Source: Sandaracinaceae bacterium (GTDB lineage: Bacteria > Myxococcota_A > Polyangia > Polyangiales > Sandaracinaceae). From it: a DNA stretch of 64,000 nt. The notes beneath the pieces are model-generated. The model was given only the letters and a program-made list of their open reading frames with translations. It did not search any database and was not told the DNA's origin. The position numbers and the translations under genes are program-made. Location: contig JBGAQA010000024.1 of the NCBI GenBank assembly GCA_044220955.1, forward strand, positions 1 through 64,000, read 5' to 3'. Below are positions 53,262 through 63,762 of the stretch, one piece after another (the stretch's first letter is position 1; each line of letters begins with the position of its first letter).

Positions 53262-53277
53262 GGCCTGCGGGGCCGCG

Positions 53278-53601
53278 TCAGCGCCCGACGGCGCGGGCCA
53301 GCAGGCGCTCGTAGCGATCCTGGAAGCGTCCGAGCCGAGCCTGCTCGCGCAGCGTCAGCAGGCCGTCCGAGTAGGCGCGCTCCTGATACTGCTGGATGCG
53401 CAGCATCTGCTGGTTCAGCACCGCCGCCTCGCGTGCGTCGATCCGACCGGCCGCGATCGCCTGCTGGTATCGGGTCTCCTGGTCCCGCTGTCGCTGCTCG
53501 GTCGTCGTCTGCCCCGTGGGCGTCACGACCGTCTGAGCCGATGCCATGGTGGGCAGGGCGAGCGCGAGGGTGAAGCCGAGGATGCCGAGCGTACGGGACA
53601 T
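53278..53601 (-). CDS. Small secreted helical protein
   Basis: GGAGG RBS, signal peptide ASA-Q, two xGx(I/L)xxRExxxL repeats. Confidence 0.65.
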   Translation of the reverse strand: MSRTLGILGFTLALALPTMASAQTVVTPTGQTTTEQRQRDQETRYQQAIAAGRIDAREAAVLNQQMLRIQQYQERAYSDGLLTLREQARLGRFQDRYERLLARAVGR

Positions 53602-53737
53602 GGGAAGCACCTCCACCCGCCACGCGAAGCAGGCCCCGTGCCGGCGGCGGCGCCCCACGATCACCGCGTTTCCCTGGGGTCGCCGCCGACGCGCGCGAAC
53701 TCCCGTTCTCAGGACGTGAACGAGCGTGCCGGGGTGG

Positions 53738-55102
<1,365 letters not shown>

Positions 55103-55148
55103 GGGGCAACGATAGCGGCCCCCGGCACCCCAGGTAAACGCCGTTCGG

Positions 55149-55583
55149 TCAGGCGATCTGCATGACCTCGCCGAACGCGAGCAAGAGAGGGAGCCCGCGC
55201 GGCAGGCCGTGGACGCGGAGCTGACCACTCCGGACGGCCCTCCACATCGAGCGGTTCACCTCGCCGCGCGGGTCCGGGAAGTGATGGAGCACGCGCCCCT
55301 TCAGGTTCTCCATCCGCGACATGTCGCCGATCGGCTCGAAGCCGCCCCGGATGGTGAGATCGGGGATGCCGATGACCCCGTCGTGCACGGTGGCGCGGCC
55401 GCGCTCGAAGACCCAGGTGACGGCGACGTCCGCGTCCTCCGCGAAGATCGCCAGCCGTCCGACGAGTCCGTCGAGCACGCGCGCACGGTCCGGGTGGTCC
55501 TCGAGGTTCTGGCGCATGATGGTGGCCAGCATGTTCGCCAGGCCGTTGTCCTCGGCCGACGGGGCGACGTCGATCGTGGCCAT
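55149..55583 (-). CDS. SCP2 sterol-binding-like domain protein
   Basis: DNGLANMLA..., DADVAVT..F..G.., PDLTIRG, SGQLRVHG. TGATG coupling to the upstream SCP2 gene. Confidence 0.55.
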   Translation of the reverse strand: MATIDVAPSAEDNGLANMLATIMRQNLEDHPDRARVLDGLVGRLAIFAEDADVAVTWVFERGRATVHDGVIGIPDLTIRGGFEPIGDMSRMENLKGRVLHHFPDPRGEVNRSMWRAVRSGQLRVHGLPRGLPLLLAFGEVMQIA

Positions 55584-56008
55584 CAGACGGGGGGATACGC
55601 GGTGTCGATCGCGAGCGCGCTCCGGACGAGCTCCTTGCTCGCGATGACGAACTTCACGATCGTCGGCAGGTGCCCCTTCTCCAGCTTGAGCTTGTTCTGC
55701 ATCATGGCCTTGGTCGGATCGACCGCGCCGCCGAGCACCTCGCGCCACTTCGGGTACTCGGCGACGATCACGAAGTCGGCCGCCTTGGCCGTCTCGCCGT
55801 CCACGTACTCGGCGCCGCGGCACGCGCCTTGGTGCAGGTCGAGCACCATGGCCATGTCCTTGTCCGTGCCGAGGCGCGCGTCGGCCTTGATCACGTAGGC
55901 GACCTTGCCGTGGACCCAGTCCTTGCCGGCCTGCCGGTAGGCCGCGTTGGCGTTGACGGCGTCACGAAATGCGTGGGTCCACTCGAGCGAAGGGAAGGGC
56001 AGGGCCAT
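55583..56008 (-). CDS. SCP2 sterol/lipid-binding domain protein
   Basis: FPSLEW...F..AVN....Y..AGK.W, ADFVI.A.Y.KW, DPTKAMMQNKLKL.KG. Confidence 0.75.
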   Translation of the reverse strand: MALPFPSLEWTHAFRDAVNANAAYRQAGKDWVHGKVAYVIKADARLGTDKDMAMVLDLHQGACRGAEYVDGETAKAADFVIVAEYPKWREVLGGAVDPTKAMMQNKLKLEKGHLPTIVKFVIASKELVRSALAIDTAYPPV

Positions 56009-56191
56009 GGGTCCTCGGAGGTGGGCGAACGTAGGCCCGGCGACGCGGGCGCGCAAACATCGGTCGTTCGCCGCGCGGCGCGTCCCGCCGGAAAGCCGCG
56101 GGTTTCTGCTTGAAGGCGGTCGATCTCCGCTACACACCGCCGCGGGGGCCAAGCTATCGGCCCCGCGTCCCGTACACTGTCGAGAGTAGAA

Positions 56192-57298
56192 GTGCGCGTG
56201 GTCTCGGATCGGAACAAGCTGGGCATCTCGGCGAGCATCTCGCTCGTGGGGCATGGCCTCGCGGCGCTGCTGCTCGTCCTGGCGCCGGCCCCGGCGGAGA
56301 TCCTGATCCGGCAGGCCGACGAGATCGCCATCGACATCGCGGACGCGCCGCCCCCTCCGCCGCCGCCCGCGCTCGTCGTCACGCCCCCGGACACGCCGCC
56401 GATCGGGGCGGTCGTGCGGCCCCGTCACCCGGACGCGATGCCGGCGACCACGGCGAGCTCCCCGACGACACCCGAGCTCGCGCCGACCACACCGCTCGTG
56501 GCGATCCCGCTCGACGGCGCGCACGAGCCGACGCCGCACGACACGGTCCCGGTCACGCCCGAGCAGCTGCACGAGCTGCTCGACCCGGCGCACATCGCCG
56601 CGGCGTCGGCGCTCCACGACGACACGGGTCCCTCGCAGCCGGGGCCCCCGGCCGAGCTGAACCCCGAGGGCCCGGAGCACGGGCCCACCGCGGAGGAGGC
56701 CGTCGCGCAGACGGAGGCCTATCTCGGCGCCGCGGCCGCCGCCAAGACGTACATCACGCACCGCTCGTTCCACCCCGTGCCGCGTACCGACGGCACGTAC
56801 CACTGGCAGGGAAGCGGGTTCGAGGCGGTCATCCACCCCGACGGCTCGGTCACGTTCAGCGATCACCCCGACATCAGCGTCGACTGGGCGCACGGCTCCG
56901 GCGGCTTCGACATCACCGACGCCATCATGCACAGCGCCGGACAAGATCCGTATCAGGCCGAGCGCGAGTGGTTCATGGAGCAGAGCGAGACCCTGCGCGA
57001 GCGCCTCGAGACGCAGGCGCGCGCGCAGCAGCAGGCGCACTCGCTGACGGGCGTGCGCTCGCAGGTGCGGACGCTCTGGGAAGACGCGAGCCGGCCCGCC
57101 GCCGATCGGCGAAGGGCCATCTTCGAGCTCTGGGACGAGTGCGCCGACGGCGACGAGGGCGCTCCGGCGCGCGAGGCCATCGTCGCGTTCATCCGGCGCG
57201 AGATCCCCGACAGCAGCCCCGACTCGTTCACGATGATCGAGCTCGCCAGGATGAACGCGCACCGCCAGAGCGCCGAGCGGTTCGATCCTTATCCCTGA
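56192..57298 (+). CDS. Membrane-anchored Pro-rich hypothetical protein
   Basis: TonB-like SLVGHG anchor, Pro-rich spacer, DGSVTF.D, GQDPY, IFELWDEC..A..AI..FIR C-terminal domain. Confidence 0.6.
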   Translation: MRVVSDRNKLGISASISLVGHGLAALLLVLAPAPAEILIRQADEIAIDIADAPPPPPPPALVVTPPDTPPIGAVVRPRHPDAMPATTASSPTTPELAPTTPLVAIPLDGAHEPTPHDTVPVTPEQLHELLDPAHIAAASALHDDTGPSQPGPPAELNPEGPEHGPTAEEAVAQTEAYLGAAAAAKTYITHRSFHPVPRTDGTYHWQGSGFEAVIHPDGSVTFSDHPDISVDWAHGSGGFDITDAIMHSAGQDPYQAEREWFMEQSETLRERLETQARAQQQAHSLTGVRSQVRTLWEDASRPAADRRRAIFELWDECADGDEGAPAREAIVAFIRREIPDSSPDSFTMIELARMNAHRQSAERFDPYP

Positions 57299-57316
57299 GC
57301 GCGCTAGGGTCGGCGC

Positions 57317-58099
57317 GTGTCCGACGCCCCCCTGATCCTCCGCTCGCCGCTCCTCGACGCGAGCGGCTTCGCACACGGCTTCTCCACGCGCGTCGGCGGC
57401 GTCAGCGTCGGCCCCTACGCGTCGATGAACGTCGGCTGGGCGCTCGGTGACGATCCACGCGCGGTCGAGGAGAACCACCAGCTGCTCGCCGCTGCGATCG
57501 GCCACGCGCGCGCGGCGCTCCGGCTGGCGACGCAGGTGCACGGCGCCAGCGTCCTCGACACCGACGTCGTGACCCGCGATCGGCGATCGGAGCCGCCGGG
57601 CTCCGGCCACGATGCGCTCGTGGCGCGGACGGCGGGCGTCGCCGTGGGGGTGCGGACCGCGGACTGCGTTCCGATCCTGGTCGCCGATCCGGCGACCGGG
57701 GCCGTCGCGGCGATCCACGCGGGCTGGCGGGGCGTCGTGGCGGCGGTCGTGCCCGCCGCCCTCGAGGTGCTCGCGCCCGACCGGGCGACGCGCGGCCGCC
57801 TGCTCGCGGTGATCGGGCCGCACATCCGGCCGGACCGCTTCGAGGTCGGGCAGGACGTCGCCGAGCAGATCGCGCGCGCGAGTGACGCATCCGTGGTGCT
57901 GCCGCGCTCGCCGCGTCCGCACGTCGACCTCGCCCGCGCCATCCGGGTCCAGCTCGAGCGCGCCGGGCTCGACGCCTCGCGCATCGACGACGTCGGAGGC
58001 TGCACGCTCGGCGAGCCCGAGCGCTTCCACTCCCACCGGCGCGACGGTGAGCGCAGCGGGCGCATGCTCTCGGTCATCGTCGCGCGCGCGGCGGGCTGA
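57317..58099 (+). CDS. pgeF: Peptidoglycan editing factor / purine nucleoside phosphorylase YfiH
   Basis: HGFSTRVGGVS, QVHG, TADCVPIL, HAGWRG, IGPHI, CT....F.SHRR. Confidence 0.93.
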   Translation: MSDAPLILRSPLLDASGFAHGFSTRVGGVSVGPYASMNVGWALGDDPRAVEENHQLLAAAIGHARAALRLATQVHGASVLDTDVVTRDRRSEPPGSGHDALVARTAGVAVGVRTADCVPILVADPATGAVAAIHAGWRGVVAAVVPAALEVLAPDRATRGRLLAVIGPHIRPDRFEVGQDVAEQIARASDASVVLPRSPRPHVDLARAIRVQLERAGLDASRIDDVGGCTLGEPERFHSHRRDGERSGRMLSVIVARAAG

Positions 58100-58129
58100 G
58101 CGTCCCGGCACGCACGCTCGCGGCGCCGA

Positions 58130-59332
58130 TCAGAGGTCCGTGCGGTGCAGGTCGGCACCGACGCACTCGTAGCGGCGCAGCAGGACCTCGCGCCCTCCCG
58201 ACGGTCCGATCGGCGACGCGACGAGCACCGCCTCGCCCGTCCAGACGGCGCGAGACCCCTCGGGTGCGAGGGCGGGGGGCAGCCATGCCTCGACGCGGCT
58301 CTCGCTCTCGGTGAGGCGGCGCGCCACGGCGCTCTCGCCCTCGCGCGCCTCGAGCACGGGGCGACCCGCGTCGCATCGGGTCGTCAGCGTCACGCGCCGC
58401 AGCTGGTGTGTCGCGCGGCCCATCGGATCGATCCGCGCGAAGGCCTCGTCGTCGCCGCACCGCGCCCGGAGCACCGCGCCCGTGTCCGCTCGCGCGATCG
58501 ACACGGGCGTGCAGCCGGCGAGCAGCTCGGTCGCAGCGGCGTACTGGCTCGCGGGGTCCGGGTTGATCACGAACATCGTCGTGGCGGGGCTCTCGCCGTG
58601 GCAGACGCCGTAGAACCAGGGCTGAGCGCCTCCGCCCCCGGAGAGGGCACCCGGGAGGAAGGGCGAGCACGGGCTCGCGACCTCCGACGCACCGTCGCCG
58701 CGCACGGAGTCGCCGCCGGGAAGCATCGTGCGCGCGAAGCGCGCGCACTCGGTCGCACCCCCGCTGGTGTCGTGACATGGACCACGCATGATCCGGTGCG
58801 CCACGTAGAGCTCGCCGCTCGCGAGCGCGGCGACCACGAGGTTGCCGCGCCCCGACGAGCCGAGCTCCATCGGCGCGAGCTCGACCGCTCGGCCGAACGC
58901 GGGCGCCGTCGCCGCGTATGCGGCCTCGGTGCGCAGGCCGTCCAGGACGATGACCGACCAGGCGACCCCGAGGTGCGTCCCGCTCTCGGCCATCGCGAGC
59001 TCCACGACCTGGTTCGGCGCCTGGTCCGAGGAGCCGCCCGCCGCGAGGCTCCCGCCGGCGATCTCCGCCTCGCTCCCGCGCGCGGCACCGCCCGGCCCGA
59101 GCTCGAGGACCCGGACGCCCGCCCCGTCGCTCGCGGGGACGCCCCACGCGAGGAAGGTGCCCGCGGGGCCGGACACCAGGTCGAACGCGGCCGCCGTCGC
59201 GATCGCGCGCGCCGCGGCGATCGGCGCTGGCGGCGGCGGCGGGGGCGGCCGGGGCGGCGGCGGCGGCGGCGGGTCCTCGAAGAGCGAGCATCCCGACAGG
59301 AGCACCAGGGCGAGCGAGGAGGCGGGCCGCAC
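58130..59332 (-). CDS. Hypothetical lipoprotein with poly-Pro linker
   Basis: Lipobox LSGC, then PPPPPPPRPPPPPPP and a beta-rich domain with paired Cys. Confidence 0.65.
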   Translation of the reverse strand: MRPASSLALVLLSGCSLFEDPPPPPPPRPPPPPPPAPIAAARAIATAAAFDLVSGPAGTFLAWGVPASDGAGVRVLELGPGGAARGSEAEIAGGSLAAGGSSDQAPNQVVELAMAESGTHLGVAWSVIVLDGLRTEAAYAATAPAFGRAVELAPMELGSSGRGNLVVAALASGELYVAHRIMRGPCHDTSGGATECARFARTMLPGGDSVRGDGASEVASPCSPFLPGALSGGGGAQPWFYGVCHGESPATTMFVINPDPASQYAAATELLAGCTPVSIARADTGAVLRARCGDDEAFARIDPMGRATHQLRRVTLTTRCDAGRPVLEAREGESAVARRLTESESRVEAWLPPALAPEGSRAVWTGEAVLVASPIGPSGGREVLLRRYECVGADLHRTDL

Positions 59333-59424
59333 CGCTGCAGCGTACACGAGCGCCCTGGGGCCGGTGGACGGCTCTATCGAGCGTCGGTGCCTCGTGAGAA
59401 CATGCGCGCTCGTCGGAGGTCGCC

Positions 59425-61425
59425 ATGCTCCAAGTCCGTCGCGCACTCGTGGTCCTCGCGCTCGGCGCCGCTGGGATGGGAAGCGCCCTGCTCGCCGGCT
59501 GTAGCGGCGGCGGCGATCAGCCGCCGATGGACGCCGCCGTCGTCGTCGATGCGCTGAACGACGGCGGCCGTGCCGACGTGGGCCGCGACGGCGGACCGAG
59601 CTGCGCGATCGGGCTCTCGCGGGCCATGACGGACATTCCCGTCTGGCCCGCGCTCGAGGTGCTCACCGATGATCCGGACACCGAGACCGGGTACCGTCTC
59701 GCGTTCGATCCCACGACCCATCCGTCGATCGGGATGCGCCTGGCCGGTTACCTGCCGACGTTCACGGACGACCTCTCGACGGTCGACGGGTTCGGGATCA
59801 CCGCCGAGGCGTTCTTCTCGTTCGCGCGCCACTTCGACGACGCGATGCTGGCCGCGCGGCCGCTGACCACGGCCGAGGGGGCCGGGTTCGTCGTCGTCTC
59901 GCCCGGGCCCGCCCGCTTCGTGCCGGCGCTGCTGCACACGACGGACGGCGGAGCCACGCTGCTGCTCGAGCCGCTGACGCCGCTGCCCGAGCAGGCGGAG
60001 GTCGCGGCGTTCGCGACGCGCTCGCTGACCGACGCGGCCGGCGGCTGTCTCGAGCCCTCGTCCGATCTGAGGGCCGAGCTCGCGGCGCCCTCGGCGCGCG
60101 CGCAGGCCGCCATCGCGGCGCTGACGAGCCTGGGCGCGATCACCTCGACGGCCGACCTCGTGGGCTTCGTCGCGTACCCGACGCAGTCGACGACGCCGGA
60201 CTCGATCGCGGTCGCGGCCGACGTCGCGACGCGGAGCTTCGACTGGATGGTGACGCCGACCTGCGTGGACGAGGCGAGCTGGCGCCACTGCGAGGGGAGC
60301 TTCGTCGCCGGGGACTACCGCGGCGCGGACGGCGTGCTGCGGCGCACGGCTGGCGCTCCGGCGGCTCCGGTGTCGAGCTACGTGCTGCCCGTCTCGATGT
60401 GGCTGCCGCTGCACGCCACGGCGCCCGCCCCGATGCTGATCTACGGGCACGGCCTGAGCGGCGGGCGCGATCAGGGCCGGGTGCTCGCGGAATTCGCCGC
60501 GCCCATGGGGATCGCCACCATCGCGATCGACGCCCAGGCGCACGGCGAGCACCCGACGGCTCAGCATCCGGGCGACGCGCTCAACACCGTGTTCGACTTC
60601 TTCGGCCTGAACCTCGACATGGCGAGCACGCGGGCGCTCGAGGCCGCGCGCCTGCGCGACAACTTCCGCGGCAGCACGTTCGACAAGCTGCAGCTGCTCC
60701 GGCTCCTGCTCGCGCACCCCGACGTCGACCGAGACGGGACGGTCGATCTCGACACCACGCGCTACGCCTACCTCGGCGTCTCCCTCGGCGGGATCATGGG
60801 CCCCGAGCTGCTCGCGCTCGCCGACGAGCTGACGGCGGGCGTGCTCGTGGTGCCCGGCGGCCGCGTGTCGTCGATCATCTCCGACGGCCCGCAGTTCGGC
60901 CCGCTGATCTCGGCCGCGCGCCCGCGCGGGACGACGGAGGGCGACGTCCGCAGGTTCTTCCCCGTCCTGCAGACGATCATCGAGCGCGGCGACTCGGCGA
61001 GCTACGCCGGGCACCTGCTCCGGAACCGGCTGGTCAGCGCGCCGCGGCCCCAGAGCATCCTGACGGGCATCGTCCTCGACGACGACACGGTCGGCAACGT
61101 GTCGAACTACGTCCTGGCGCGCGCGCTCGACGGTGTGCCCATCGTCGAGCCGGAGCTCGATCCCGTACCCGGGCTCACCACGGTCGCGGGCCCGATCATG
61201 GGGAACTTCTCCTCGGGCTCGGGGACCGCGGTCACCGGCGGGATCCTGCAGTTCGACGTCGTCGGCGACGGCATGGGCGGCAGCGAGATGGCGACCCACA
61301 GCAACGTCGGCGACTCGGACGTGGGGGTGTCGGCGTGGCTCGACTTCCTCGACACGCACTTCCACGGCTCGGTGGCGCGCATACGCGACCCCTACGCCGC
61401 GATCGGCCTGGCCCACGCGCCCTGA
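59425..61425 (+). CDS. Lipoprotein alpha/beta-hydrolase (extracellular lipase-like)
   Basis: Lipobox LAGC, DGFG N-terminal domain, IYGHGLSG, AIDAQAHG, YLGVSLGG, D.TV.N, C-terminal His. Confidence 0.75.
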   Translation: MLQVRRALVVLALGAAGMGSALLAGCSGGGDQPPMDAAVVVDALNDGGRADVGRDGGPSCAIGLSRAMTDIPVWPALEVLTDDPDTETGYRLAFDPTTHPSIGMRLAGYLPTFTDDLSTVDGFGITAEAFFSFARHFDDAMLAARPLTTAEGAGFVVVSPGPARFVPALLHTTDGGATLLLEPLTPLPEQAEVAAFATRSLTDAAGGCLEPSSDLRAELAAPSARAQAAIAALTSLGAITSTADLVGFVAYPTQSTTPDSIAVAADVATRSFDWMVTPTCVDEASWRHCEGSFVAGDYRGADGVLRRTAGAPAAPVSSYVLPVSMWLPLHATAPAPMLIYGHGLSGGRDQGRVLAEFAAPMGIATIAIDAQAHGEHPTAQHPGDALNTVFDFFGLNLDMASTRALEAARLRDNFRGSTFDKLQLLRLLLAHPDVDRDGTVDLDTTRYAYLGVSLGGIMGPELLALADELTAGVLVVPGGRVSSIISDGPQFGPLISAARPRGTTEGDVRRFFPVLQTIIERGDSASYAGHLLRNRLVSAPRPQSILTGIVLDDDTVGNVSNYVLARALDGVPIVEPELDPVPGLTTVAGPIMGNFSSGSGTAVTGGILQFDVVGDGMGGSEMATHSNVGDSDVGVSAWLDFLDTHFHGSVARIRDPYAAIGLAHAP

Positions 61426-61449
61426 GGCGTGTGGTACCGTTCGTCCGCT

Positions 61450-61866
61450 GTGGCAGCCGCTGAATTCGAGATCGACTACGACGCCGCCTACGTGATGTAC
61501 ACCCAGCGCTTCGCCGAGCGCTTCGGAGAGCGCGCCGAGGGCGCGTTCGTGAAGTTCGGCAAGCACATGGTCAAGAACCTCGCCCGGCCCGAGTTCGAGC
61601 GCCGGCTCGACACCTACGTGCGCCTCCACAAGGCGTGCAAGAAGATGCTCGAGAGCGGCTCGACCATCTCGGACGCGCTCGTGCTCGACTTCGACGAGTC
61701 GGCCGCGTGGATCGCCGTCGAGGCTCCGAACGTCCACGCGATGTTCCGGGGCGAGATGGGCGACCCGCGCCTCGCTGCGCCGGAGCTGATGCGGACCGAT
61801 CCCGATCCGAACGCGAAGACCTCCGAGATGGACGCCTCCAGCCTCAAGGTCACGCGGAAGGCCTGA
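61450..61866 (+). CDS. Hypothetical protein
   Basis: Natural-looking composition (EFEIDYDAAYVMYTQRF...) and host codon bias. GTG start at 61429 or 61450. Confidence 0.6.
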   Translation: MAAAEFEIDYDAAYVMYTQRFAERFGERAEGAFVKFGKHMVKNLARPEFERRLDTYVRLHKACKKMLESGSTISDALVLDFDESAAWIAVEAPNVHAMFRGEMGDPRLAAPELMRTDPDPNAKTSEMDASSLKVTRKA

Positions 61867-61887
61867 CGCGCAAGCGCGCCGCGGCCC

Positions 61888-63639
61888 TCACGACTCCTCG
61901 ATCCGGATCGTCCGCGTGGGGCAGTGCTGCGCGGCCGCGCGGACCTTCGCGTGCAGCTCCGCCGGAGGCTGGGGCACCTTGAGCATCACCTTGTTGTCGC
62001 GCCCGAGGGCGAACACTTCGGGCGCCTCGCCGACGCACACCGCGTGACCCTGGCAGAGGTCGCGGTCGACGCGGATGCGCAGGGTCGTGGCGTCGGCGGC
62101 AGCAGCCTCGCTCGCTCCGCGCTCCGGCGCGTGGACGTGTGCCGGGCACCCGGCGGCGGCCGCCCTCGCGGCGTCGCTCGGCCCTGCCGGCGCGGCCGCG
62201 CTCGCGGCGAGCTGGCTCAGCTCCGCGCCCATGGCCATCGTGACGCTCGGGCGGGCACGGCGACGGTACCGGACGCGACACGGCTCCTTCGGGCCGATCA
62301 CGAGCCCGCGGAAGTCGGCCTGGATCGCGTCGCCGCAGAGCCCGAATTCGAACTGCCCCAGGAACAGCGCGAGGATGGCCTTGATCTGGAGGATCGCGAA
62401 CGCGTTGCCGAGGCACTTGTGGCGGCCGCCGCCGAACGCGATGTACGCGAAGTCCTTCTTGTCCTCGCTCCGTGGCGGCAGGAAGCGCTCGGGATCGAAC
62501 GTGTCCGGCTCGGGGAACACGGCCGCGAGGCGGTGGGACACGGTGGGCGAGACCACGACCCAGGTGCCCTCCGGGATGAAGAACGACTTGTACGTGAAGT
62601 CCTGCATCGCGACGCGCACGAGCATGAAGAGCGGCGGGTGCATCCGCAGCGCCTCCTTCACGCAGCACTCGAGATAGGTGAGCTCGCGCAGCGCCGCGTG
62701 GCTCACGGGGCGCCCGCCGCCGAACACGCGATCGACCTCCTCCACCGCGCGCCCCAGCGTGATCGGGTTCTGCAGGAGCTCGAGGAGGGTCCACGCCGTC
62801 GTCACGGAGCTGGTGTGGTGGCCCGCGAAGATGGCCGCGAGCAAGAGCCCCGTGATCTCGTCGTCGTTGAGCGCGCGGCCGTCGGCGTACGTCGAGTCCA
62901 TGAGCGTCTGCAGGAAGTCCTCGCCCTTGCGGTCGTGCTTCTTCCGGTCCCGAACGATCTCGGAGATCATCTCGACCATCCGCACGCGGGCCTTGTCGCG
63001 CTTGCGGAAGCTCGGGATCGGTAGGTGAGCGTTGACGTACGCGAGCGGCGTCACGCCTCCCTCGAGGTCGTGGTACACGCGCGCGAACTCCTCGCTCATC
63101 CCCTCGCGGAATTCCTTGCCGAGGAGGCAGCGGCTGGACGTGAAGCTCGTGAGCGCGCGGCAGAGCTCGACGAATTCGATCACGCCGGTCTGCCCCCAGG
63201 CGCGCGTCGCATCCTCGGTCTCGAGGACGACCGCCTCGCCGTACGTCCGCATGCGCCGGTCTTGGAGCGCCGGCAGCAGCATCTTGAGCTGCTCGGCCAT
63301 CTTCTCCGGCGAAGCGTCGTAGACGATGTCCTTGCCGAAGACCGGCGTCATGATCTTGTACGCCTCCATCGGGCTCAGGTGTGCGTCGGGCGCGCGGAAG
63401 ACGGCCTCGTGCGCCTCGGGACCGAACACGGCGACCATGCGCCGGCCTGCGACGTCGAACGCCGCGATCTCGCCGTGCTCGCGGCTCGCGCGCGCGAGCA
63501 GCTCGATCGTGCCGCGGACGAACTCCACGGTGTGACCGACGACCGGCAGACCGCCCGAGAGGAGCGGTGCGGGCGTGAGCCCGGCGGGCACGGGCGCCTT
63601 CTTCGGGCTGGCGCTCCTGAGGACGTCGGTGAGCTGCAT
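61888..63639 (-). CDS. cyp51: Sterol 14-alpha-demethylase CYP51 fused to a C-terminal ferredoxin
   Basis: CYP51 SRS1 AYKIMTPVFGKDIVYD, I-helix AAIFAGHHTS, KEALR, DPERF and FGGGRHKCLG heme motif. Ala-rich linker, then IRVDRDLCQGHAVC..EAPEVF...CP ferredoxin. Confidence 0.92.
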   Translation of the reverse strand: MQLTDVLRSASPKKAPVPAGLTPAPLLSGGLPVVGHTVEFVRGTIELLARASREHGEIAAFDVAGRRMVAVFGPEAHEAVFRAPDAHLSPMEAYKIMTPVFGKDIVYDASPEKMAEQLKMLLPALQDRRMRTYGEAVVLETEDATRAWGQTGVIEFVELCRALTSFTSSRCLLGKEFREGMSEEFARVYHDLEGGVTPLAYVNAHLPIPSFRKRDKARVRMVEMISEIVRDRKKHDRKGEDFLQTLMDSTYADGRALNDDEITGLLLAAIFAGHHTSSVTTAWTLLELLQNPITLGRAVEEVDRVFGGGRPVSHAALRELTYLECCVKEALRMHPPLFMLVRVAMQDFTYKSFFIPEGTWVVVSPTVSHRLAAVFPEPDTFDPERFLPPRSEDKKDFAYIAFGGGRHKCLGNAFAILQIKAILALFLGQFEFGLCGDAIQADFRGLVIGPKEPCRVRYRRRARPSVTMAMGAELSQLAASAAAPAGPSDAARAAAAGCPAHVHAPERGASEAAAADATTLRIRVDRDLCQGHAVCVGEAPEVFALGRDNKVMLKVPQPPAELHAKVRAAAQHCPTRTIRIEES

Positions 63640-63762
63640 GGCTGGCCCGTCTGCCACGTTCCGGCCGAGTTGCAAAACGAACGAATCGGCCCTGAAACCA
63701 GATAGTTTGTCGCCGCAAACGTTGCGAAACGCGCGCAACTCGGCGCATGCTCCACGCGCGCG

